A DNA stretch of 64,000 nucleotides from NCBI RefSeq assembly GCF_947568905.1, contig NC_079164.1, positions 9,486,001 to 9,550,000 on the forward strand. Reading direction: 5' to 3'. Both the position numbers and the translations under genes were made by a program. The DNA comes from Ostrea edulis (lineage: Eukaryota). The notes below the pieces were generated by a model. The model ran no database searches and had not been told where the DNA came from. It saw nothing but the letters and a program-made list of their open reading frames with translations. The stretch's first letter is position 1; the number at the start of each line of letters is the position of its first letter. Of the stretch, positions 39,704-49,174 are shown piece by piece.

Positions 39704-42149
39704 GTATGCTGTATCAAAAATATTTCTCAAAAGTGATAAAGATAAAGAGTTTAAAATTTTACTTTACTTTGATGTATGAATAATTATATATACTATTCAT
39801 AAGATAGAGGAATAATCATCCTAGAAAATTGGGGTGTTTCATTAAAAATGGATATATTTTATCATCCATAAAAACGTTCTGTCTATTTCTCTTCCAGTTT
39901 TATGGAAAGATAATCTGCAATAAATCTTTTCTAGTTACAGGAAATATATTTGACATCAATAACACAGAAAGGAAATGAAGCCAAATTTGGTATCGTAACG
40001 AAATACTTATCAATTACAAAGCGTATCCAATTCAAGTGACTGCAGACAAAAGCGATTAACCGCAATTACAAAGCCTTGATCCGACGAGAGAGAGAGAGAG
40101 AGAATCAGCTGTAAGATGGCAAGGACAAAATGAACCCATGTGATAGTGCAGCTGTATCGTTATAGTTGGGCAGCTGCAGACTGCGTGGCTATACCACAAT
40201 GTAGTATTCCGACACAACCCACCACTACTGATCCTAGGCACCATCATTCCCTATTAATCCTTTGCAAAAGTCACTCAGTCGCTATTGCTAAAAGTTACCC
40301 AGACAATAAAGCGTAGTCTTATAGACGAGGACCTATGCCTAGGATTCAACTGAGTGGCTGGCTGAACTATTATGTTGCCTTCCGTTACAGTTTCCAGACT
40401 TATCAGGTCAAGTGAACATCTCTATATTCTTTCTGTTTATTGTAATCCCTCTGATAAAAGAGTTATGTTTAATTATTAGACACAAAGTGGGAAAAGGTAA
40501 GGGGGTATTTGGTCACCCTGTCTATATCCTCAGCCCATTTCAAAACAATTCTGAGAATATACCATTCTGAAAAACACAAAAAGCCTTCTGCAAATCAATC
40601 AAGAGAATCATAACTGGGGTATCTTTTTCATCAATGTATTATATATAATATTCTAAAGCAATCTAGAATTTTATCCAATATACCTTTCTATCGAGAAACC
40701 TTTTTAAGTTCATAGATCTAATAGATACATGTAGATAATAAACTCACAAGTGGTCATCTCAAAATTTAAGCTTATATAAAGCAGAAACTGACAACTAATG
40801 TATATAGATCCAGAACGACTTATGAAAGTGATTAGTGGGAAATCGTGGGTTCTATATCTACTTTTTCATTGGGTTGAAGGAAGTATATCTACTTTTTCAT
40901 TGGGTAGAAGGGGGTATGTACAATTTTAAGATCCATGTATACGCTACCCACAGCTCAGGGCCGCAGTAGCGACTGCTGTGACATGAGACCTCGAGACCGT
41001 TCTTCTAAAATTCGAGCGATTGCTAATGGAGTAGTAAGGTTAAAATTCAAACTAAGGTGGTTCTTTGTCTGTTTGTTTGTTTGTTTTTTGATAAAGTGCT
41101 TTCAATATCTTGACTAAACCTTACTACACGTCGTGTATAACGGGTTTGTCTCCTCCATCCAATCAGAAGCAATTTTCGCGGAGTGTGAAAAGTTGGGTAA
41201 AGCGATACTAACTTAATCGGCGTTTGTTATACTTTTATAGTAGTCAATTATCCGCGGGTCTGCGGACTTTGCCGTAAACACTATGAATTAAGATTTTCTT
41301 ATTCTACACATCTATACGTTATCTGCCCTTTTCCGTTGAAAGCTAAAAACTTCCACGGAAAAGATCGCGTATGGCCAGATTTCTCTGAACCCCCCCCCCC
41401 CCACCCCCACCCACACGCGCGCGTTCGCGCAACAGCTGCGTGTATTATCGCTTCAATATTGTAGAGCTGATATGAAATTGATTTACACTAGGTTCGGTAG
41501 ACCTATAAAAATGTCACTAAATCTGACATTTTAGTTGAAACCAAAGTATAGAATTTTGTAATGATAATTAAGATTTTCTCCAGATGTTATTCATACCGAT
41601 GTATTCAGAAATTTTTGACAGGAAAATTCCATTGTACCTGCGTATGGAATTAACAAACATTATTCAGTTTTACTCAGTTCCACCGCTGTGTGACATTCAG
41701 ATGAAATGTGAATGAAATGATTATGTAGAGTTCTGTGATGTTGTGTTGTTGAATGCATGATTAGATAGACACCGGTCATTTACCAGTTCTCCGAATACCG
41801 CCTGATTTGTACATTTGTGGACAAAACTTCCGGTAACCCCCCCCCCCCTTCTTGTATTTTTAAATGTTTCGGACGTATTTTTGATAAAATATGTAACTTC
41901 AGAGTTTACATATTTCAATACAATACACAAATCTCGCACAGAAACCTTTTTTTAAAAATGTCATATCACCGATCATGTTAAATATTTACCGCGACACACG
42001 ACATGACCAATGCTTAATGAAATATACTAGACCTAATCGATATTCTCGTTCATTTCAGTATTCTGAAGGGATATATAAATGCAGCAAATAATCGAAATTT
42101 TGAATGCAAAAGCAGAACTTTATCAATTTCATATTTCGAGGACCATGAC

Positions 42150-42938
42150 CAGTGGCAGATTTAAGGGGGGGGGGGGGGGTATACGCAATTTTCAAATTTA
42201 AGGTAAAACGTGGTCTCTTGTTTAGAAAAATGTACTAATAGATAAAAGAAGCAATAATTTCTTCCATCCCGGAGAAACGAATGACAAATTCTTTTGATTT
42301 CTTGAGAGAATTAGGTGAATCGATGCCAGAGTATAGAATTAATATTCACTTTAACTAGCGGCCGTCACTTATTATCTGGCGGCCGCCACATAGATTAACT
42401 GGCGGTCGCCACTTAATTCATATGACGGCCACCAATTATTCTACTACCCCTCTCTCTCTCTCTCTCTCTCTCAAAGGGATGTAATCCCTGCAATCTCCCT
42501 CTCCAATACAGCCGACGGTCCCCTCCTCCCCTAAAAATTTCAAATGTTAGGTAAACCGTGTTATCTTGTTTAGACAAATGTACCAAACGATGTAAGAAGC
42601 AATAATTTCTTCCACTCCCGGAGAAATACATGGCAAAATCTTTTGATTTCTTGAATCATTTTATTGGGAGAACTTAATTTTTTCCAAAAACCCTTAAAAT
42701 TTGCGTCATTTTCTTAATTTCACCTTATTAAAAATAATAGAAAATAGTACAAATGACTAAATAGGGGACATATTTCAGGCCCTATAAAATCTAAGAGCTT
42801 CCGGGGGCTTCGCCCCCTGAGCCCCCACCACGGCTTTGCCCTGGTCCCACTGAGGGCCTAAAGGCGTTCACCAGACCCGCTGATTCATAAAGTGCCCCCC
42901 CCCCCGCCCCGTAACCTCAATTCCTGGATAAGCCCCTG
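42150..42938. mobile_element. Composite MITE (CAGTGGC...GCCCCTG), partly duplicated internally
   Basis: Same family as 63484-63931; the internal segment occurs twice (42190-42310 and 42530-42660). Confidence 0.65.
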
Positions 42939-43118
42939 TTAGTAATAGATGTATATGATATACAATTTAGAGCATTATTGTTTTTCGATTGTGCTGTTGA
43001 TATACAACATACGATATCTAATGTCGACAGATTCCCACACGAGCAAATCTTCATTTGTACATGCCTGTAAACTGTATGGTTTTATGCTGATAAACTGAAC
43101 TGGACTTAATATACCGAC

Positions 43119-43456
43119 AGTAGTATAAGGCGTCCCGATAGGGGGTTCAACTGAGTGCACTTTTTATGCAAATGAGGTCAAGTAAGGGTGTTTTTGATTG
43201 GTCAAGCGGTGTCGGGGTCAACGGAGTGCACTAGGACGGGGTCAACCCCAGCAGGGGTTGTAGAGCGGGTGAATAGGCTGGCCTATGGCCGCTGGTCTAT
43301 GATGCGGTACTTTCGCTTTGAGTTCCTGGAATGAGTTCCTGCTATTTTTCTGAAAATCCAGTGAAATCCTGTGTATTAAATCTAAAAGAATAACAGTGTA
43401 TTAAATCTAAAAGAATAACACAAGGTTTTAAGTTGACATGTTTATTAAAGAACAAT
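43119..43456 (+). repeat. Left terminal inverted repeat (338 bp)
   Basis: Reverse complement of 62897-63234 with no mismatch found by eye; extends 7 bp further with one mismatch; contains a 25-bp tandem duplication at 43371-43420. Confidence 0.95.
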
Positions 43457-43556
43457 GGTACAAGCATAGAACAATGCAAAACAATTCAATAAACATAAAA
43501 ACAGTTCAATAAGCATAAAAACAGTTCAATAAGCATAACAGTTCAAGCACAGTCCA

Positions 43557-44474
43557 TTACTTTCTGCTGAGTTTCTTCTTCTTTTTTGGCCGTTCTTCAG
43601 TAGGTGCGGTTGGATTCCACATCTCTAACGGTGTGTATTCTCTCTTCACAGGGGATTTTAAGCCAGGTACGGACCCAATCATCGCATCTATCTCCGCTTG
43701 TTCTTCTGGACACTCACTAATCCAGTGTCCTATTTTTCCGCATTTGAAGCAAGGATCCTTTTGTTTGGTTTTCTTGCTGGTCTGTTGAGAATCTGCTGAC
43801 CTCGATTTCTTACTGGTCTGCGGATAATCTGTTTTCTGTGGGCAATCCGGCGACCAATGTCCTGTTTCTCCACACGTGTAGCACGGGTTAGCAGTGTAAT
43901 CTGGAGTGTATTCCTTCCTAGGTTTTTTAGAAGTCAGCTCTTCCAGCTTCTTCAGTAGGATTGTGGTATGATTTCCAATCTCATTACTCAACACATTAAT
44001 GCGGTTAACGATCCCGTCTAGTGTCGTGGTAATGATGGCGAAATCGGTCCTGCTCATGGGGGAATCTTCTCCACCGAAGGGGGGTTTATCGTATAAGCCC
44101 ATCTCCAGTCCCGTAGCATCCTGTGAATCGGGAAAATAGAAGCCTAATCCGGGGTCTGTCGGATTCTGGCTAGGGAGGTAATCCGAGGTCTGGGCCATCT
44201 TCTCTTGTCGAGCAACGTGGTCTGAAGGCGTGAGATTGAAGCTCGTGGTCTGGTTCGAGGTCTGGGCCATCTTCTTCTCTTCTCTTCTTCTTTGAGGAAG
44301 GTAGTCTGGAGACGTGAGCAAGAAGTTCGAGGTCTTCCCCAGTTCAGTCTTCTGATCGTCAGTCTTAGCTTTCTTCAGTTCAATGTAGTCTTTCTGTGGT
44401 CCCATCTGCTTCTGTACCAGCTGATCTATTTTCTTCTGAGCTTTGTCCACAAATTCTAGTTGTTTCTGAGCCAT
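43557..44474 (-). CDS. Polinton accessory protein with two CCHC zinc knuckles and a C-terminal NLS
   Basis: CYTCGETGHWSPDC and CFKCGKIGHWISEC; ends RPKKKKKLSRK; TATAAAA at 44533-44527; AATAAA within the left TIR. Confidence 0.8.
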   Translation of the reverse strand: MAQKQLEFVDKAQKKIDQLVQKQMGPQKDYIELKKAKTDDQKTELGKTSNFLLTSPDYLPQRRREEKKMAQTSNQTTSFNLTPSDHVARQEKMAQTSDYLPSQNPTDPGLGFYFPDSQDATGLEMGLYDKPPFGGEDSPMSRTDFAIITTTLDGIVNRINVLSNEIGNHTTILLKKLEELTSKKPRKEYTPDYTANPCYTCGETGHWSPDCPQKTDYPQTSKKSRSADSQQTSKKTKQKDPCFKCGKIGHWISECPEEQAEIDAMIGSVPGLKSPVKREYTPLEMWNPTAPTEERPKKKKKLSRK

Positions 44475-44759
44475 GTCTTCTGGAAGGTGATTGAAGATCG
44501 AATGAGGACTGACACTGGGGCTCCGCTTTTATAGCCAGCAAAATGTCTAGACTATTCTGTCTCGTGAGGGGCACGTGGGGAGCACGTGGTTGCATCATCT
44601 TTTTCTGGAAAAACCGGTTTCAGCTAGAACATCGCGCGACCAGCGCGTGCTAGTGCACTAATTGAACTTGAAAAGCCGGTTTCTCGCGACCAGCGCGTGC
44701 TAGTGCACATTGGTACACATTGACTTTAGTGGAATGGAACTTATATTGGTGTTTAAAGT

Positions 44760-44775
44760 AGCCCTAAAAAGGGCT
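44760..44775 (-). terminator. Histone-type 3' stem-loop downstream of the Rep-like ORF
   Basis: Minus strand reads AC-AGCCCT-TTTT-AGGGCT-AC, 19 nt after the stop codon at 44795. Confidence 0.7.
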
Positions 44776-44794
44776 GTGCATGAAGTTTTTATTT

Positions 44795-45301
44795 TTAAAA
44801 ATGGCCGGCTTCATACGCAGGTTCTTCTATATACACGTGTAAGTCATGATCTTCGGATATAATGTGTTGTACTAATTGTCGAGCTCTTCTCCCGGGGAAA
44901 CGTATCTCTTCGACGGTTTCCCACATCCAGTGTGCATCCCAAAACATTACCCATACACTTCTCCGGTAACGTGGTTTCTCCAGTCGAATAAATCCTGATA
45001 CTTTTTGAGTGCCGTTCAATAACGTGTAAAACTGGTAAATCATGTACTGTATGAGGGGGGAATTTTTCAGGTACATGTCACTTAAACGCAGGTAAATATC
45101 CTCCACTGTTTCATGTGACCGCAATACATAGTCAAAACACCAATTTTTAGATCGCCCCCAGCGTAATCGATGGCGACATCTCTGTACTAAATTGTCCCAG
45201 ATCCCCATCTCGTCTACATAATCTTCTACTATGGTTAAATTCTCCACTGGTTGTATTCCCTGGCCGCGGCGTCTCGCTCTTAAAATTCTCCGTGTATCCA
45301 T
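44795..45301 (-). CDS. Degenerate CRESS-virus Rep-like (HUH-fold) protein
   Basis: KNWCFD ... IQYMIYQ ... GTQKVSGFI ... DAHW aligns by eye with nanovirus/circovirus Rep motifs I and II; the catalytic His and Tyr appear absent. Confidence 0.55.
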   Translation of the reverse strand: MDTRRILRARRRGQGIQPVENLTIVEDYVDEMGIWDNLVQRCRHRLRWGRSKNWCFDYVLRSHETVEDIYLRLSDMYLKNSPLIQYMIYQFYTLLNGTQKVSGFIRLEKPRYRRSVWVMFWDAHWMWETVEEIRFPGRRARQLVQHIISEDHDLHVYIEEPAYEAGHF

Positions 45302-45340
45302 GACTGAAGGTCAGACAAGAATGACTGTAGAAAAACCAGC

Positions 45341-45416
45341 TGACGTACAGGTGTTTGATCACGTGGTGCAGGTGTTTGATCACGTGATGCATAACCTTTA
45401 CCTATAAATACAGGTG
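45341..45416. promoter_or_regulatory. Divergent promoter with duplicated E-box module
   Basis: CAGGTGTTTGATCACGTG x2 (45348-45365, 45369-45386); TGACGT at 45341; TATAAATA at 45403-45410. Confidence 0.55.
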
Positions 45417-45440
45417 TTTTCTGAACGTTCGTTATTTACT

Positions 45441-45773
45441 ATGGGCGGCAGTGCTACTACGAGAATAAATGGATATAGTTATGTACTACAATGTATGAAC
45501 GTGGCCTTACATAATCCTCACATTCAAAATGCTCGTCAATTTGTACAACAGATGTCACCGGAGGTCAGAAATGTACATAGTTTTCAACGGATTGCTGATT
45601 CATTAGCGGAGAATACCAATACGGGACGTTTACTCATGATTTATTTGTATGCTGAGGAATTGAAACAGAATCTTCCAGACCAGATGAGTGACATTGATCG
45701 GATCTTACGCGATTGTTTACAAAAAGGATTCGTGGAACTGATTCGTATGAAAGGAATGGCTGCCCTGTTATAA
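45441..45773 (+). CDS. Bcl-2-like small helical protein, paralog A
   Basis: FQRIADSLAENTNTGRLLMIYLYAEEL resembles a BH1 region (FxxIAxxL...NWGR); first ATG after the TATA box. Confidence 0.55.
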   Translation: MGGSATTRINGYSYVLQCMNVALHNPHIQNARQFVQQMSPEVRNVHSFQRIADSLAENTNTGRLLMIYLYAEELKQNLPDQMSDIDRILRDCLQKGFVELIRMKGMAALL

Positions 45774-45810
45774 AACAAGAACGTTTTAGAATTTTTTCAT
45801 TTTGATCATC

Positions 45811-46164
45811 ATGGCTGAATTGAACAACAACGTTCTTACCGCTGTATTACAGTATTTCGAGGACTACAAAGAATCGGTGAACAACGCTCGTAGCGCTGCA
45901 TTACAGTGTATCAAGGACTGGAAAGAAAAACAGCCGTTGAGATATAAATTCGCCATGAAGTTGTTGATCTTTTGGGAATTTCCTATGACCTTATATGAAT
46001 ATTCCAGCGTTTGCAAGCATATAGCCGACAACCTGAACAGAGAGTCTGGATTGATCATGATTTATACCATGGACCAAGAATTTAGACGACGGGAACCTGA
46101 GAAGACTGGGGCGATTGTAGCGATTACCGATCACTGGTTGGAAAAGGTGTATAAAAAAACCTAA
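45811..46164 (+). CDS. Paralog B of the small helical (Bcl-2-like) family
   Basis: Shares FPMTLxEY...LIMIY...EF...PE...I..I...WL..VY with paralogs C and D. Confidence 0.6.
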   Translation: MAELNNNVLTAVLQYFEDYKESVNNARSAALQCIKDWKEKQPLRYKFAMKLLIFWEFPMTLYEYSSVCKHIADNLNRESGLIMIYTMDQEFRRREPEKTGAIVAITDHWLEKVYKKT

Positions 46165-46192
46165 CCGTTTTCTTTTCCTTTATTCCTGGAGG

Positions 46193-46540
46193 ATGGCCAG
46201 CAGTGACAACATCGCAGAAAAAGCGCATAACCATGCATTAGAATGGGTCGAGAAAATGCAAGACGATACGGTGTTTCAAGCTGTTAAAAATTATCTGATA
46301 GCGGGGGTGTTTCCAATGACTCTGGACGAATATACAGATCTACGGAACCGGATATACATCAATCTCTATAACGATGCGGGATTGATGTTAATTTATGTTG
46401 TGGGGGAGGAATTCAAGAAACGCATGCCTGAAAAAATCGCCGAGATTGAAAGTATCACCAAGGACTGGCTTCGAGAAGTATACATAAAGTGTGAAGAACT
46501 TAATTCATTTCATTTATTCCCGGAGGATGGCCAGCAGTGA
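46193..46540 (+). CDS. Paralog C of the small helical (Bcl-2-like) family
   Basis: FPMTLDEY...GLMLIYVVGEEFKKRMPEK...WLREVY. Confidence 0.6.
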   Translation: MASSDNIAEKAHNHALEWVEKMQDDTVFQAVKNYLIAGVFPMTLDEYTDLRNRIYINLYNDAGLMLIYVVGEEFKKRMPEKIAEIESITKDWLREVYIKCEELNSFHLFPEDGQQ

Positions 46541-46832
46541 CCACATCACAGAGAAAGCGATAGTTTATGTATTGGATTATCTCACAGACATTCATTCTGG
46601 GCAGATTGAATTTGTGTTACACTATATGCGAGAAGAATTATTTCCCATCAGCTTAAAGGACTATCCATGTCTCTGTCAGTATTTGATCGAGAACCGGATC
46701 ACCCCGCAAGCCTTAGTATTGATTCATTTAATGGGCCGGGAATTGAAACGAATTCGACCCACAGACAGAGCAGAAATCGAGAAAATCAGACTACGATGTC
46801 TTCGAGAGATGTACGTCAAGTTAAACGTGTGA
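46527..46832 (+). CDS. Paralog D of the small helical (Bcl-2-like) family
   Basis: Starts MASSDHITEKA, a DNA-level copy of the paralog C start; FPISLKDY...LIHLMGREL...CLREMY. Confidence 0.6.
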   Translation: MASSDHITEKAIVYVLDYLTDIHSGQIEFVLHYMREELFPISLKDYPCLCQYLIENRITPQALVLIHLMGRELKRIRPTDRAEIEKIRLRCLREMYVKLNV

Positions 46833-47014
46833 CTTTTAATCTGGATCATAATGAAGTGTATCTGTTACCCGAAGAAGACCGGACAAGTATCTGGATGACT
46901 GTAGCCGCTGATCGATATCGATTTCAACGCAGGATTCGAGAAATGGGAAAAATGTTGGACCCTATTTTAAAAAGACATGTGCATTGGTGTTGTGTGTGGG
47001 AGTTATGTATTTGA
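46796..47014 (+). CDS. GADD34/ICP34.5/DP71L-like PP1-targeting protein (72 aa)
   Basis: KRVTF (RVxF) followed by WMTVAADRYRFQRRIREM, matching the PP1/eIF2alpha-binding module; AATAAA at 47028-47033. Confidence 0.8.
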   Translation: MSSRDVRQVKRVTFNLDHNEVYLLPEEDRTSIWMTVAADRYRFQRRIREMGKMLDPILKRHVHWCCVWELCI

Positions 47015-47450
47015 AATATGTGACATGAATAAAATTGTTTACACGAAAGCTGTGTTTGGTTGAGTCTCTCAGAGAAGGGTTTATTTGTTGAGGAATCCAG
47101 AAAATCCTAAAGGTAGAGTGAAAATCGAATCAATTAAGGTGTTTTCTATCGAATAGACCTTATGAGATGTTTTTAGGGATGTACATGGTCGAGAAATAAA
47201 TTTTTAAAGAGGCGGTGAAGAAACATTGAACCTCGACTCGACCTCTTTAACCGCTGTTTCTTTGAAAACTATGCGACGTAGCAAAATAAAAATAAGTTTA
47301 ACGCATTCGCCGTCTCAGAATCTATCAGATTAAATCTACCTTGCACAGATATCGAATGTCTAGAAAAAGACAATGAGAAAAAAACTCTCTACTCGAAAGC
47401 ACAAATCCGCCATTTTGACGGCCACCATCTTGGCTTCGTCTCCGAAGCGA

Positions 47451-47489
47451 GGGATGTTTTCGAGGAGGTCCGCGCTTTCCTGATATATA
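47451..47489 (+). promoter_or_regulatory. Histone H4 site-II/HINFP-like promoter element plus TATA, copy 1
   Basis: GGGATGTTTTCGAGGAGGTCCGCGCT followed by TATATA at 47484-47489; 25/26 identical to 49175-49200. Confidence 0.55.
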
Positions 47490-47571
47490 CCGGCGCACTC
47501 GCCAGTTCGCTTCACTGGTGATCCAGCACAGTTGTAGAAGATTTTTGAAGATTATTTAAGAAGAAAGAAGA

Positions 47572-48360
47572 ATGGCTACAAGAAGAGACCCGCTCTACAA
47601 TTTCCAGACCTTGCCTGGCTTTCGGTACCGGCTGGTAGTGGTGGCTGAGGAACGGGTAGGGGAGAATTGGGTTGTGCGTTCTGAGAACGACCTGAGCACC
47701 TTCTCCCCTTTCGACCAGAGTGGGGTCCGTGAGATCATCTGCCGGGTGCGGGCCGAGTATGAAGGGAGGGCACCCCGCCGCCGCACCGCTCGAATCTCCA
47801 CGGCCACGAGACCGCGCCGACGGGCCCCACAGCCACCCTCACCACCACCACCTTACTCCCCGGCGACGCCTACAACACCACCACCAGCGATCCCATCGGC
47901 ACCAGTGGAATACAGCCCGGTGCCGATGAGCGACTCACCAGCGTCACCGGTGGAGTATTCACCGCGGTCACCGTCCCCCGCACCACCTCCCAGTCCAGCC
48001 CAGAGTCCGTCGCTGTTGGTGGCAGCTACGTCATCACCACCGAGACCAGCAGCCCCTGCAAGACCCCCACCACCTACCATCCGGTTTGCAGGGAGGACTC
48101 CGCCACCGAGACCAACCCACGCACCGGTGGCAACTCATCCCCCGAGGAACCACCCTATGACTGTCCCTGGCTGGGCAGATAGGGCGGTTCCCATCTGGTT
48201 TAAGTGTCCTGTCTGCTGGCAAGACAGGGTACACTCTGGAATTACGTGTAGGGGATGTGGGCAGCGCCCAGCTTGCTGCTCGTGCGTGGAAGAGTTACAG
48301 GAGCGGCGACACACCCGGGGACGGTGCCCGTTATGCCGGTTTACCGGAAGCAGGGAATGA
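47572..48360 (+). CDS. Proline-rich protein with PPxY motif and C-terminal RING-like finger
   Basis: PPPPYSP; CPVC...CRGC...CCSC...CPLCR. Confidence 0.75.
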   Translation: MATRRDPLYNFQTLPGFRYRLVVVAEERVGENWVVRSENDLSTFSPFDQSGVREIICRVRAEYEGRAPRRRTARISTATRPRRRAPQPPSPPPPYSPATPTTPPPAIPSAPVEYSPVPMSDSPASPVEYSPRSPSPAPPPSPAQSPSLLVAATSSPPRPAAPARPPPPTIRFAGRTPPPRPTHAPVATHPPRNHPMTVPGWADRAVPIWFKCPVCWQDRVHSGITCRGCGQRPACCSCVEELQERRHTRGRCPLCRFTGSRE

Positions 48361-48382
48361 AAGTCGGTCCTTAGGACCAAAC

Positions 48383-48403
48383 GGCCCTTTTCAGGGCCAC
48401 CAA
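48383..48403 (+). terminator. Canonical histone mRNA 3' stem-loop
   Basis: CCAAAC-GGCCCT-TTTC-AGGGCC-ACCAA, 22 nt after the RING ORF stop; purine-rich GAAAAGA at 48411. Confidence 0.88.
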
Positions 48404-48510
48404 CTTTTTTGAAAAGACACTTTTTATGGCAAAAATCAAGAAACACACAAGTTTGTTTTAAAAAAGTTTTTATTAACACAAGTAATAGCTAGAATAAAGC
48501 TATAATAAAG

Positions 48511-48699
48511 TTACATTTTCTTGACAATGTAAACATGTTTATGATACTGATAAGCAAAGTCACAAATCCATCGTCTATAATGAGTCCAATTGCCTCCGGC
48601 TAATCCATGAGGTTTCACCGTTAAACAGTTACATTGTTGTACAATAGCATCCACCCAAGGTAGAGATAATACATCTCCTCGTAGATCCGTCACCGACAT
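48511..48699 (-). CDS. Hypothetical 62-aa protein
   Basis: Its ATG overlaps the stop of the upstream Cys-rich ORF; minus-strand AATAAA at 48474-48469. Confidence 0.35.
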   Translation of the reverse strand: MSVTDLRGDVLSLPWVDAIVQQCNCLTVKPHGLAGGNWTHYRRWICDFAYQYHKHVYIVKKM

Positions 48700-49091
48700 G
48701 CTGGTTGACAGGTCTCACAGGTACACGTTAACCGGGGTTCTTGACTGTAAGGACAATGTTGAAACAGCCGGGGATCAAACTTTCTCTGAGTCCAGCGCTC
48801 TCTAAACTCCTGACAGATCTCACAGGTACAGTCCTTATGTGCTATTTCTTCTTCAGGGGTGATGGTACAATGCTGCGGACACTTACACGGTAGCCAGGGT
48901 TCTCTAGTGTGACTACAACATTTATAGACAAAGGGATAATACGTCAGCTCTGCCAATCTCTCTATCCACTTCTGTTTGGCCAGGATGTTTTCTTTTTTAT
49001 AATGAAAACACCCACAAGTGCTCCAAGGTCCTCGGCAATACCCACACACTAGTACATCTTTCTCATCGTCCGCGTACCGTTCAAACGACAT
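48690..49091 (-). CDS. Cys-rich protein with three C-x5-P-x3-C-x-C repeats
   Basis: CGYCRGPWSTCGC, CSHTREPWLPCKC, CPYSQEPRLTCTC; upstream TATA-like, TGAGTCA and TGACGTCA elements. Confidence 0.65.
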   Translation of the reverse strand: MSFERYADDEKDVLVCGYCRGPWSTCGCFHYKKENILAKQKWIERLAELTYYPFVYKCCSHTREPWLPCKCPQHCTITPEEEIAHKDCTCEICQEFRERWTQRKFDPRLFQHCPYSQEPRLTCTCETCQPACR

Positions 49092-49174
49092 GATTGAGAA
49101 AAAATGGTAACAAGTGACCTATGTATATAGTGTTTTTGATGAGTCATCAACATGACGTCAGCCATCTGAGGTAG

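Noticed and set aside
36424-43119. Functional link between the Polinton and the neighbouring IRF gene
   Set aside because: The insertion is 6.7 kb downstream of the stop codon, with no sequence evidence of targeting or regulatory capture.
48690-49091. E1A/E7-like LxCxE oncoprotein
   Set aside because: No LxCxE motif is present in this or the neighbouring accessory ORFs.
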